Assembly (NCBI GenBank): GCA_016929135.1 | Contig: JAFGJK010000156.1 | Coordinates: 63,337-127,336 of the forward strand | From: Spirochaetota bacterium | Lineage (GTDB): Bacteria; Spirochaetota; UBA4802; UBA5550 | Direction of reading: 5' to 3' | DNA: 64,000 bases | Shown here: positions 41,398 to 50,680 of the stretch, piece by piece | Layout of the letters: each line of letters begins with the position of its first letter | Numbering within the stretch: position 1 is the first letter of the stretch | Notes under the pieces: model-generated | Seen by the model: only the letters and a program-made list of their open reading frames with translations | Databases searched by the model: none | What the model was told of the DNA's origin: nothing | Position numbers and translations under genes: made by a program

Positions 41398-43457
41398 ACG
41401 GCATCTGGAAGGTGAAATCCTCCATGAACGTCGACCGCACCGGGGAGGGGAGGCAATACGGCCCTGAGGAAATTCTCGCGAGGATCCTGGAAAGCCGCGG
41501 TATCGACACCCCAATTGCGATCGATGAATACCTCAATCCCCGGATCATGGATCTTCACAGCCCCTTCCTGTTCGGCCACATGGAAGAGTCCGTGAGCCGG
41601 ATGCGTCGCGCCATATCTTCGAGGGAAACCATAGGCATATTCGCGGATTCCGATCTCGACGGGATCACCGCCATGGTGACGCTCCATTCCCTTCTCTCGC
41701 GGCTCGGGGCCGTCATGTACCTGCGACATCTTCAGGACGATGAACAGTATGGATTGACCAGAGGCATCATTGATGAATTCGCGAGGCAGGACGTTACACT
41801 GCTTATCACCGTCGACTCGGGGATACGGGATGTCGCCGAGATAGAATACGCCGCCAGCCGCGGCATCGAGACTATCGTCACTGACCACCATGAAGAGGAT
41901 ACGCGGCTGCCGCAGGGGTTGATTCTGAACCCGAGGATTTCCTCATCAGGGTATCCCTACCGGGACCTCGCCGGTGTCGGTGTGGTATTCAAGCTGTGCA
42001 TCGGACTCCTGTTCAGTTACCTGCCAAGTTACAACAAGAGATTTATACTGGTGGAGTTCCAGGATGGCAAATGGAAAACGGCAACAATGGTCAACGGCGT
42101 CATAACGGCCATGGACAGCTTCTCAGATTCAGCAGGCCTTCTCGGTATCTGCGCGGATAATGCAGAATATGGGGCGATCCTTGTGGCCATTGACACTGCA
42201 ACCTTCGATTCGATCCCTCAAGCAGAGTACGGGTGCCCCCTGTTCTCCCTTTCGGATCTGGCAAAACCGGCGATGAAAGGGAGCACGGCCTCTTCCTTCG
42301 CAGAAATCTGCACCGCATTGTCCCTTGTCCGCGATCTCTATCCGGACAGCCTCTCCCTGGCCGGACGTATCGTTCTCTTCCTGCAGATGGCTGTCTCCCC
42401 AAAGATCATGGGCTTCATCGAAGAGGCGGCCGGATACGCCGCCATCGGAAGCATCGCCGACGTGGTGCCTCTCACCGGGGAGAACAGGGTAATCGTGTCT
42501 CACGGCATTCGTTCACTGGAAGCGACCTCCCATCCGGGGCTCTCCCTCCTCGTGGGCAACGGACCGGTCAACGCACGGAAGATAGGGTGGGGCATCGCAC
42601 CGCTCCTGAACGCCCCGGGTCGCGTGGGCAAAACAGCCCTGACCCTGAACTTCTTCCTGGAACATGAAACGGCAAGGTCGCGGGAAATTCTTCGTGAGAT
42701 CGAGAGCCTGAACTCACAGAGGAAGTCCTCCGTGAGCGAGCTGTGCGTCGGCCTCATCGATGAATACCGTAAGGGCGGCCATCCCCACAGGAACATCGTA
42801 GTGCTGCAGTCGGATCGGATCGCCGAGGGCTACGCCGGTCTCGTGGCCAACAGGATTTCCGATTCGCTGGAGAAACCGGTGATCGCGATATCGCTGCAGA
42901 GGGGGAGCGGCGCGGTGAAGGGTTCCGGACGCTGCAGGAATGGTCTCGATTTCTTTTCCTACATAAAGCCCTTTTCAGAGCATTTTGAGCGAATCGGCGG
43001 GCACGCCCAGGCCTTCGGCTTCACGATTGCCGCTGACAGGATCGACCGGGTCACCGCGATGATCGATGATTCCATGGAAGGAGTGGCATCGGCCATTATG
43101 CCGCTTGAGATAGACCTGGAGCTACCGTTGGATTCGGTGACCCTGGTGCTGATACAGAGGATTGTGGCATCCATGGAACCATTCGGCAAGGGGAACGAAG
43201 CGCCCCTCTTCTGTTCAAGGAGCCTCGCGATAGAATCATTTGCACGATTCGGCAATGGAAGCCACGGCAAATACTGCTTCAAGGGGTATCCGCACATCAC
43301 CGCCATCGGATGGAACATGGCAGACCCCATGGAGGCCCTCTATGCAACTGGGGGCGATGTGGATATCGTCTATTCGGTGGAGGTAAACGAATTTCTGGGC
43401 CGGAAGGAGCCTCGGATGGTGATCACCGCGGTGGAACCGGGAAATCTCACAGCGTGA
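41394..43457 (+). CDS. recJ: Single-stranded-DNA exonuclease RecJ (DHH/DHHA1)
   Basis: DSDLDG, TVDSG, TDHH, LAGVGV, IADVVPL, GSGR, GGHAQAFG, EPFGKGN. Confidence 0.9.
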   Translation: MNGIWKVKSSMNVDRTGEGRQYGPEEILARILESRGIDTPIAIDEYLNPRIMDLHSPFLFGHMEESVSRMRRAISSRETIGIFADSDLDGITAMVTLHSLLSRLGAVMYLRHLQDDEQYGLTRGIIDEFARQDVTLLITVDSGIRDVAEIEYAASRGIETIVTDHHEEDTRLPQGLILNPRISSSGYPYRDLAGVGVVFKLCIGLLFSYLPSYNKRFILVEFQDGKWKTATMVNGVITAMDSFSDSAGLLGICADNAEYGAILVAIDTATFDSIPQAEYGCPLFSLSDLAKPAMKGSTASSFAEICTALSLVRDLYPDSLSLAGRIVLFLQMAVSPKIMGFIEEAAGYAAIGSIADVVPLTGENRVIVSHGIRSLEATSHPGLSLLVGNGPVNARKIGWGIAPLLNAPGRVGKTALTLNFFLEHETARSREILREIESLNSQRKSSVSELCVGLIDEYRKGGHPHRNIVVLQSDRIAEGYAGLVANRISDSLEKPVIAISLQRGSGAVKGSGRCRNGLDFFSYIKPFSEHFERIGGHAQAFGFTIAADRIDRVTAMIDDSMEGVASAIMPLEIDLELPLDSVTLVLIQRIVASMEPFGKGNEAPLFCSRSLAIESFARFGNGSHGKYCFKGYPHITAIGWNMADPMEALYATGGDVDIVYSVEVNEFLGRKEPRMVITAVEPGNLTA

Positions 43458-44205
43458 TGTCACTCAGCACGATCTCTATCCTGTCCGCCCTGCGGTAGCC
43501 CAGGTTGGTCTCCATGACCTCGCGGTTCCCCAATCCGATAGTCACAATACGCTCCTGCTGAATCCCCTTTGAAATGAGGTACTTAGCCACAACCGAGGCC
43601 TTTCTCTCGGTGTAGCCCTTCGTATCGTACTCAACCGAGTGCCCGACTATTTTAGCAGAGCATTTCGGAAAGTGATTCATGATCAGTGCGATTCTGTCAA
43701 GGCGTTCCCTGCCGAAGCCGTTCAGTCTGGTCCGATTTTTAACAAATAGATATTTATCAAGAAACCGGGCCCTGTAGACGCTGCCCGTCTTTTCGAAACC
43801 GGACTCGAACATCGTATTGACAATATCCCCGCGAAGGCCCTGTCCAGAGGCTCCTCCGCAGGCATCCCTCTGCCGGACAAGCAGGTCGTATTCGTATCTG
43901 CCGGCCTCAGCGAGCACCGAGGCCACCTCAAACTTGATTATGGACAGCGTTGCATAGAAATACGCAGAATTGTACAGCTTCTCATCCAGCTGGTTGCGGG
44001 CATATATGATATGAAGTAGTGCATCGCTGTAGACATCGGCGGGTAGGTACTTTTTCGTTGAAAGGTTCTTATCTATCTCGACGGAAATGGTCTCCGCCTT
44101 TCGGATAAGCGATTCCACTTCCTCGTTGCTCAGGGAATACCCCACGTATTCCATGAGAAGCACCATCATCGCGGATATGACGATTCGCATCCACATGGCA
44201 TTCAC
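43447..44205 (-). CDS. OmpA-like C-terminal domain protein
   Basis: Signal peptide, helical N-region, LDRIA..KIVGH..ERKASVVAKYLISKGI..RI...GLG..RRADRIEI. Confidence 0.75.
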   Translation of the reverse strand: MNAMWMRIVISAMMVLLMEYVGYSLSNEEVESLIRKAETISVEIDKNLSTKKYLPADVYSDALLHIIYARNQLDEKLYNSAYFYATLSIIKFEVASVLAEAGRYEYDLLVRQRDACGGASGQGLRGDIVNTMFESGFEKTGSVYRARFLDKYLFVKNRTRLNGFGRERLDRIALIMNHFPKCSAKIVGHSVEYDTKGYTERKASVVAKYLISKGIQQERIVTIGLGNREVMETNLGYRRADRIEIVLSDITL

Positions 44206-44624
44206 TACTTCTCTCTGCCGCTCGATTCGGCATCACCGGTAAAGGCATCGTAGGCCCTCTTCGCCTTCAGCAAGCGTTCCCGAGCCTTGATAAGGGGAAA
44301 GTATTCAACCCCGATCCTGATCTCATAATATGCCTTGTCCGATTCGCCATGCTCCAGGAGCCTCCTGGCACTGGCCATCTGGTCCTGGATCTGCTGTATC
44401 TCCGTAGGGGCATATGTCTCCGCCCCTGCGGTCTTTACCTCGGCGAGTTTCCTTTCCACCTTGCCGATGATGCTTTTCACCTCATCGGCGGAATGATAGT
44501 CAGCGCTGCCGCTCACCCCTGCGAACGTCGTTATAAACAACGACAGGAACAGCATAACGGGATATCGAAAATACGGGAAACTCCTCATATACCGGAACAT
44601 AGCCCGCATCGCAACAAGAGTCAA
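44205..44624 (-). CDS. DUF4398-like exported protein (start uncertain)
   Basis: AGAETYAP.E...A..LL..G..DKA motif; paired with the OmpA gene. Confidence 0.7.
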   Translation of the reverse strand: MTLVAMRAMFRYMRSFPYFRYPVMLFLSLFITTFAGVSGSADYHSADEVKSIIGKVERKLAEVKTAGAETYAPTEIQQIQDQMASARRLLEHGESDKAYYEIRIGVEYFPLIKARERLLKAKRAYDAFTGDAESSGREK

Positions 44625-44677
44625 TTCATTTTTATTTCCTAATTGGGAGGAAATTTTGATAATTAAAAAATTTATAT

Positions 44678-44706
44678 TTGACGTGTAATAATAATAGGTT
44701 TATTAT
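44678..44706 (+). promoter_or_regulatory. Sigma70-type promoter
   Basis: TTGACG-17 nt-TATTAT upstream of the STAS gene. Confidence 0.65.
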
Positions 44707-44734
44707 CATATAATTCATTATTGAGGCTATTGGT

Positions 44735-45034
44735 ATGGACATTGAAATCAAAGATGATCAAGATGTCATAAGGATCACAGTAAACGGCGATATCGAAATG
44801 ATGACTATTAAAAGCTTCAAACAGAAGCTGTTTGAGATAGGCCAGAATACGAATAAGAACATTGAAATTGACCTTTCCAATGTCGACTATATCGATTCAT
44901 CGGGAGTGGGTGTCCTGATAAGCCTTCTTAAATTACAAAAAAAGAAGGGGAGATCCCTCATCATCAACAAGGTCAGTTCCAAGGTCCTCAACGTGCTCAA
45001 ACTCAGTTCTCTCTCCGATGTGTTCAATATCTAG
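44735..45034 (+). CDS. STAS-domain anti-sigma factor antagonist
   Basis: IDLSNVDYIDSSGVGVLI. Confidence 0.92.
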   Translation: MDIEIKDDQDVIRITVNGDIEMMTIKSFKQKLFEIGQNTNKNIEIDLSNVDYIDSSGVGVLISLLKLQKKKGRSLIINKVSSKVLNVLKLSSLSDVFNI

Positions 45035-45107
45035 ATACTCAGTACACGCAGGCCTGTGCGTTACTATCAACCCGAGTTATCGCCATACAGGAACATGATG
45101 GGGCATT

Positions 45108-45590
45108 ATGGATATACGCGTCGGAAGCGGATTTGACGTACACAGCTTTTCGGAGGGGAGGGCGCTCATCCTTGGGGGTGTGCGGATCGAGCACCCGAGG
45201 GGACTCCTGGGGCATTCAGACGCGGATGTCCTCATCCACGCGATAATCGACTCATTGCTCGGACCGGCCGATATGGGTGATATCGGAACCAATTTCCCCG
45301 ATACAGACGACCGGTACAGGGGCGCACGGAGCCTCGATCTCCTGCGTACCGTCGGCGGGATGCTCAAGGAAAAACACTGGGGAATCGTGAACATCGACGC
45401 GATTTTGGTATGCCGGCAACCCAAGATCGCCACTCATGTACCGGCGATGAAGCAGAATATATCATCGGCCCTGGACGGTCTTGCCGAGGAACGGATCAAT
45501 ATCCGTGGAAAAACCACCGAGGGACTCGGCTTTACCGGAAGGGATGAAGGGATTGCCGCTATGGCAGTATCGTTGCTGTCCAGGGATTGA
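45108..45590 (+). CDS. ispF: 2-C-methyl-D-erythritol 2,4-cyclodiphosphate synthase
   Basis: RVGSGFDVH, GHSDADVLIHAIIDSLLG, DIG..FP, KTTEGLGFTGR. Confidence 0.96.
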   Translation: MDIRVGSGFDVHSFSEGRALILGGVRIEHPRGLLGHSDADVLIHAIIDSLLGPADMGDIGTNFPDTDDRYRGARSLDLLRTVGGMLKEKHWGIVNIDAILVCRQPKIATHVPAMKQNISSALDGLAEERINIRGKTTEGLGFTGRDEGIAAMAVSLLSRD

Positions 45591-45603
45591 TAGCGGGAGC
45601 CTA

Positions 45604-45631
45604 ATGCGACATAATATATCTTATCGGAAGT
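45604..45631 (-). other. dif-like chromosome dimer resolution site (XerC/XerD)
   Basis: ACTTCCGATAA-GATATA-TTATGTCGCAT: 11-6-11 architecture in a convergent intergenic gap where gene polarity switches. Confidence 0.75.
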
Positions 45632-45635
45632 ACTG

Positions 45636-45953
45636 TCAATCCGCCATCCGAATCTTGGCAAAAAAATCCCTGATGAAATTTGCCAGCCTCATGAGGACCA
45701 GCGCGCTGATGACCGCATCGAGCACCTGCGGAATCTCGAAGCCCGTGTTGTGGAAGAGACCGAGCATCGTCACCTTGAAGCAAAGAAACAGCGCCACCAG
45801 GAGCACTACCACGTCCCGCGCGGTCTTCACGGGCCTCGTGTCTGAGATGTCCTGCAGCGCCGAAATAGAGAACACTGCCGAAACCGACGCCTCGAGGATA
45901 ACCGCGATGATGAAGAGATTGAAAATGTTCTGGAAAAGGACTTCGCCTCTCAT
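45636..45953 (-). CDS. Small hypothetical membrane protein
   Basis: 105 aa, three hydrophobic segments, SD GGAGG, own TTGATT-17-TATCGT promoter. Confidence 0.75.
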   Translation of the reverse strand: MRGEVLFQNIFNLFIIAVILEASVSAVFSISALQDISDTRPVKTARDVVVLLVALFLCFKVTMLGLFHNTGFEIPQVLDAVISALVLMRLANFIRDFFAKIRMAD

Positions 45954-46011
45954 GCTACCACCTCCCTGTGTGTATGGCTCACGATACAGGGGCTGAATAG
46001 AAAAATCAAGC

Positions 46012-46791
46012 TCATTTTTTCCTTTTATCGTTCCAGTGACCGTTTAAAAACAGCTCCTCCTCGATGCTTAGGGACTGCTCCTCTTCCCGCGCCGTCAGCC
46101 CGCCCGGTGACATAACAACGCCGAGGCTCTCGGCATAGGCATCCGCCATACGCCCCGTCAGCTCGTCGAGAAACGACCGGTCCGACACATCGTCACTGAT
46201 CCATTGGTCCAGCGCAGTGATGGCCTGACGGGGCGACGCATGGTTTCTGCCTGATGATTTCACCGCCGGAACCGCAAGATATCGGAACATCCTGTCGTAG
46301 TCAACCGAGAGGAGCAGCGTGCCGTGCTGGAGCAAGACCCCCTCGCGCCTGGTCTGGGCGCTCCCGGATATCTTCCTCCCCTCCACGGTAATATCATTGA
46401 TGGGGCGGAAGGCGGCATCTATTCCCATGTCGCCGAGGAGCCCTATGAGCGGCCCTACTATTATCCTGTAGCTGTCCGCCACCGTCCCCGCGACACGGCG
46501 GTCCTCCAGAGGGACCGCCAGGCTGTAGGTTATCTCGTGGTCGTGAAAGACCGCGCCGCCGCCGGTGATCCTTCGTATCACAGGGATTCCCTCAGCGGCG
46601 CAGGCTACCGCGTCGGTCTCATCTTCCCGGACCTGGAAATAGCCGATGGTCACCGCCGGCGGATACCATCTATAGAGGCGGAATGTCGGCGTGCCCCCCG
46701 CTGCCACCTCGCGAAGGATCGCGTAATCCACCGCCATGTTCCTGCTCCCCTGCAGGGGGCCGTCGACGATCAGTCGCCATCGGTCCATCAT
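46012..46791 (-). CDS. Lipoate-protein ligase A / LipM family catalytic domain
   Basis: NMAVD, RRITGGGAVFHD, RKISGSAQ, LQHGT. Confidence 0.9.
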   Translation of the reverse strand: MMDRWRLIVDGPLQGSRNMAVDYAILREVAAGGTPTFRLYRWYPPAVTIGYFQVREDETDAVACAAEGIPVIRRITGGGAVFHDHEITYSLAVPLEDRRVAGTVADSYRIIVGPLIGLLGDMGIDAAFRPINDITVEGRKISGSAQTRREGVLLQHGTLLLSVDYDRMFRYLAVPAVKSSGRNHASPRQAITALDQWISDDVSDRSFLDELTGRMADAYAESLGVVMSPGGLTAREEEQSLSIEEELFLNGHWNDKRKK

Positions 46792-47072
46792 CCCCCCCCC
46801 GCCATGACCACAGCAATGGCGATAGTTTCGGCCGATATCCCCACGAGCTGGATGCCCCGGGAGCGGATCAATGTCTCGATGCGCCGGATCAGCTCCTCCT
46901 CCTCCCGCTTCATTCCTTCCAGTGACGCCTCGATGGTCTCGATCGCCTCCTCCGGGTATACGAAGAAGTCTCCGGTAATCCTCACCCTGGCGATCGTATC
47001 CCCCTCCAGGGTCAGGTAGAGCCTGAGGAGCTTCTCCCCCTCGCGCTTTAGCTCAACGGGCCTGAACTGCAT
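46788..47072 (-). CDS. Stand-alone lipoate ligase C-terminal domain (LplB-like)
   Basis: K..GEKLLR..IARVRITGDFFVYPEEAIETIEASL. Confidence 0.8.
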   Translation of the reverse strand: MQFRPVELKREGEKLLRLYLTLEGDTIARVRITGDFFVYPEEAIETIEASLEGMKREEEELIRRIETLIRSRGIQLVGISAETIAIAVVMAGGG

Positions 47073-47937
47073 CACGGCCGCAGCCGGCCGCATGTGCTGC
47101 GGCATGATAGGAGCTTCGCACCAGGGGACCGCACTGCACCACGGGGAAGCCGGCCTCCCCTGCCGCAGCGGCGATCTGCTGAAACTCCTCCTGGGTATAG
47201 TAGCGGGCAACGGGGTAATTCTCCCTGCGCGACTGCAGGTACTGGCCGATGGTGACGTGCTCGCAGCCTGTCATCCTCAGGTCGTCCAGGGTGCGCCGGA
47301 TATCCTCCATCGTTTCACCGAATCCCACCATGAAGCCGGACTTTACCCGCAGGCCGGCCGATGAGGCATGGCGCAGCAGTCGTAGGGAGGCACCGTAGCT
47401 TCCCATGGGTCGGAGCGCTTCATAGAGAGGGCCCGCCACCTCGATATTGTGGTTCAGAACATCGGGTCGCCTCGCGGCGATGGCATCCATGGATCGTTCC
47501 ATGGATCCGGAGAAATCCGGCACCAGCAGCTCGATCCCGCAGCGGCAACCCAGTTCCCGGATCCGTTCGATCACCGCGGTAAAATGCGATGCGCCGCCGT
47601 CCGGCAGATCATCCCTGGTGACCGAGGTGATCACTGCATGAACCAGCTCCAGACGCCGGACTGCCTCGGCGACGCGGTCCGGCTCACCGGCGTCCGGTAA
47701 TGCGGGTACGCCGCTGGTGACGGCACAGTAACGGCAGTTCCTGGTGCAGACATCACCCAGGATGAGGAAGGTGGCGGTTCCGTTTCCGAAGCACTCGCCG
47801 ATGTTCGGACATCGTGCCTCGATACAGACGGTATGGAGCCCCTGCTCGTCGATCACCCGCTTCACCGAGGGATATCTTCCCCCGCCCGGCACGGAGAAGC
47901 GTATCCACGATGGGATGCGGCGCCCTACCCCTCCCAC
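47053..47937 (-). CDS. lipA: Lipoyl synthase
   Basis: CIEARCPNIGEC, CTRNCRYC, RDDLPDGGA, VRSSY. Confidence 0.96.
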   Translation of the reverse strand: MGGVGRRIPSWIRFSVPGGGRYPSVKRVIDEQGLHTVCIEARCPNIGECFGNGTATFLILGDVCTRNCRYCAVTSGVPALPDAGEPDRVAEAVRRLELVHAVITSVTRDDLPDGGASHFTAVIERIRELGCRCGIELLVPDFSGSMERSMDAIAARRPDVLNHNIEVAGPLYEALRPMGSYGASLRLLRHASSAGLRVKSGFMVGFGETMEDIRRTLDDLRMTGCEHVTIGQYLQSRRENYPVARYYTQEEFQQIAAAAGEAGFPVVQCGPLVRSSYHAAAHAAGCGRDAVQAR

Positions 47938-49346
47938 ACCAGCACCGGCTTCCTGGCGGCGATAACCGCGTCGACGCGGTGAACCGGCGTGTTGCGGGGG
48001 GCCGTCTTCACCTTCTCGGGTTCCTCGTAGGCCTCTCGCCGTATCTCCGCCATGGCGTTCACGAAGGTATCCATGCTCTTCTTCGTCTCCGTCTCGGTCG
48101 GCTCTATCATGATGGCCCCCTCGATGTGCAGCGGGAAATAGACCGTGGGGGAATGAAAGCCGTAATCCAGTATCCGCTTCGAGATGTCGTTTGTGGTCAC
48201 ACCGTTGGGCATGTCGCCGTCACTGATGACGAACTCGTGCATGCACTTCCTGTCAATGGGAAGCTTGTAGAGATCCCGCAGGCACGCCAGGAGATAGTTG
48301 GCGTTCAGCACCGCCGTATCCGACATGTCCCGGATCCCCTCTGCTCCCAGTGATCGGATGTAGGCATAGGCACGCAGTGCCACGAGGAAATTGCCGTAGA
48401 AGGAATGAACCCTTCCGATCGAATCGGGCCTGTCGTATTCAAGGTAGTACCCCTGTGCTCCCTTCGCGACCAGTGGCACCGGCAGGTACTTCGCCAGCCG
48501 GTCCACGACCCCCACCGGCCCCGATCCCGGGCCACCGCCGCCGTGCGGCGTGGAGAATGTCTTGTGGAGGTTCGTGTGCATGATGTCGAAACCCATATCG
48601 GCCATCCTCGCCCTGCCCGCCGTGGCGTTCAGGTTCGCTCCGTCACCGTAGAACAGCGATCCGTTCTCGCGGAGCAACCGGCTGATCTCCCGTATATTGC
48701 GGTCGAAGAGCCCCAGGGTGTTCGGGCTGGTGAGCATCATGGCGGCCACGTTTCCGTCCAAGAGCTGCCTCAGCCTCTCCACGTCCACATCCCCGTCGCT
48801 GTTTGAGGGGATCTCCTTCACCGTGAAGCCGCACATCGCCACAGAGGCCGGATTGGTACCGTGCGCCGAGTCGGGGATGAGCACCACGCTGCGCGCCTCC
48901 TTCAAATCCTGGAAGTACTTCTTGATTATCATCGCCCCCGAGAGTTCACCGTGGGAGCCTGCCGCCGGGCACAGGGAGAAGGTCATACCGGTGATCTCCC
49001 GAAGTGCCGCCGCCAGTTCGTAGAGCACCCTCAGGCACCCCTGGACCGCCGAGGCATCGGCCAGCGGATGAATCGCCGAGAACCCCTCCATGGCGGCGAT
49101 CTTCTCGTTGATCTTGGGATTGTACTTCATTGTACAGCTCCCCAGGGGATACATCCCGTTGTCGACGCCGAAGTTCATGCGGGAGAGGTTCGTGTAATGC
49201 CTCACCACCTCAACCTCACTCACCTCCGGGAGCACGGTCGCCACCGTGCAGTATTCCTCCGGGATCGGATCGTAATCTTCACAGCCTGCCTCGGGGAGCT
49301 GGAAACGGTTCTTCCCGGAAACGCTGTAGTCAAATATCGTGTCCAT
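47925..49346 (-). CDS. gcvPB: Glycine dehydrogenase subunit 2
   Basis: YPLGSCTMKYNPK, DSAHGTNPAS, NLHKTFSTPHGGGGPG, IEPTETE. Confidence 0.96.
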   Translation of the reverse strand: MDTIFDYSVSGKNRFQLPEAGCEDYDPIPEEYCTVATVLPEVSEVEVVRHYTNLSRMNFGVDNGMYPLGSCTMKYNPKINEKIAAMEGFSAIHPLADASAVQGCLRVLYELAAALREITGMTFSLCPAAGSHGELSGAMIIKKYFQDLKEARSVVLIPDSAHGTNPASVAMCGFTVKEIPSNSDGDVDVERLRQLLDGNVAAMMLTSPNTLGLFDRNIREISRLLRENGSLFYGDGANLNATAGRARMADMGFDIMHTNLHKTFSTPHGGGGPGSGPVGVVDRLAKYLPVPLVAKGAQGYYLEYDRPDSIGRVHSFYGNFLVALRAYAYIRSLGAEGIRDMSDTAVLNANYLLACLRDLYKLPIDRKCMHEFVISDGDMPNGVTTNDISKRILDYGFHSPTVYFPLHIEGAIMIEPTETETKKSMDTFVNAMAEIRREAYEEPEKVKTAPRNTPVHRVDAVIAARKPVLVWEG

Positions 49347-49354
49347 GGTCTTCC

Positions 49355-50677
49355 TCACTGCACCGCTTCGATTTCCGAAATATACCGGTCCATCCGCTCC
49401 ACCGTATCCAACTCGGTAACGCAGAGGAGCAGGCAATCCCTCATATCCGGGTAGTACCCGCCGAGCGGCAGTCCCAGGGGCATCCCTCTGTCCATCAGGG
49501 CGTCGCGAATATCCATCGCCCGGGGATGGCGTACCACGAACTCGTTGAAATAGGGCGCATCCCCCGCCGCGGCGAATCCCTTCGAGAGGAGCCGGTGCCG
49601 GAAGTACGAGGCCCTCCGGTGGTTCAGGGCCGCCAGATTTCGGAGCACCCCTCCCATGATGGAGAGATAGAGCACCGCCCTGAGGGCGCAGAGTCCCTGA
49701 TTTGTACAGATGTTCGAGGTAGCCCTATCCCTCCTGATATGCTGTTCCCGCGCCTGCAGCGTCAGGACATAGGCATCTTGCCCGGCTGCATCGACGGTCT
49801 TCCCCACCAGCCTCCCCGGCATCCTGCGCATGAAGTCCTTCTGTGCTGCCAGAAACCCCAGCATGGGGCCGCCGAATCCCACGGGATTTCCGAAGGCCTG
49901 CCCTTCCCCGCAGACTATGTCGGCCCCCAGCGCCCCCGGAGGCCTCAGAAGCCCCAGGCTCATCGGCTCGGTAACGCAGGCGACCAGGATGGCACCGCTG
50001 GAATGGACGGCCCCGGCGATCGTCGCAGAGTCCTCAATGGCGCCCAGAAAATTCGGGCTCTGCACAATCACGCAGGCCACCGAATCATCCAGTCTTTCCC
50101 TGAGGGACTCGATATCGGTGACCCCTTCACGCAGCGGCACCTCGTCAATCACCGAGTCGCTGGCCCAGGCGTAGGTCTTCAAAACCTCACGGTAGTGGGG
50201 ATGGAGCGCGGATGATACCACAATCCTTTTCCTGCCGTTGGAGCGCATCGCCATGAATGCAGCCTCGGCGGTGGCGGTGGCGCCGTCGTACATGCTGGCG
50301 TTGGCGATATCGGTGCCGCAGAGCCGGGCGATCATTGTCTGATACTCGAATATTGCAACCAGCGTACCCTGGCTCACCTCCGCCTGGTAGGGGGTATAGG
50401 AGGTGTAGAACTCTGAACGCGATGACAGATGGTCCACCAGCGCCGGGATATAATGGCTGTAGCCGCCTGCACCGATGAAGGCACGGGGGCCGTGGTTCAT
50501 TCCTGCCAGCTCCTCCATATGAGCAAGGAGTTCCATCTCGCCGAGCCCCCCGGGAAGGTTCACCGGCCCGTCCATCGAGATGCCTGCAGGTATATCGGCG
50601 AAGAGCTCGTCGATCGAGGAGACCCCGATCTTCCTGAGCATCTCCCTCCGTTCTTCCTCGGTAATGCTGGTGTACAT
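49355..50677 (-). CDS. gcvPA: Glycine dehydrogenase subunit 1
   Basis: YTPYQAEVSQG, NASMYDGA, REQHIRR.RATSNICTNQ. Confidence 0.96.
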   Translation of the reverse strand: MYTSITEEERREMLRKIGVSSIDELFADIPAGISMDGPVNLPGGLGEMELLAHMEELAGMNHGPRAFIGAGGYSHYIPALVDHLSSRSEFYTSYTPYQAEVSQGTLVAIFEYQTMIARLCGTDIANASMYDGATATAEAAFMAMRSNGRKRIVVSSALHPHYREVLKTYAWASDSVIDEVPLREGVTDIESLRERLDDSVACVIVQSPNFLGAIEDSATIAGAVHSSGAILVACVTEPMSLGLLRPPGALGADIVCGEGQAFGNPVGFGGPMLGFLAAQKDFMRRMPGRLVGKTVDAAGQDAYVLTLQAREQHIRRDRATSNICTNQGLCALRAVLYLSIMGGVLRNLAALNHRRASYFRHRLLSKGFAAAGDAPYFNEFVVRHPRAMDIRDALMDRGMPLGLPLGGYYPDMRDCLLLCVTELDTVERMDRYISEIEAVQ

Positions 50678-50680
50678 CGA

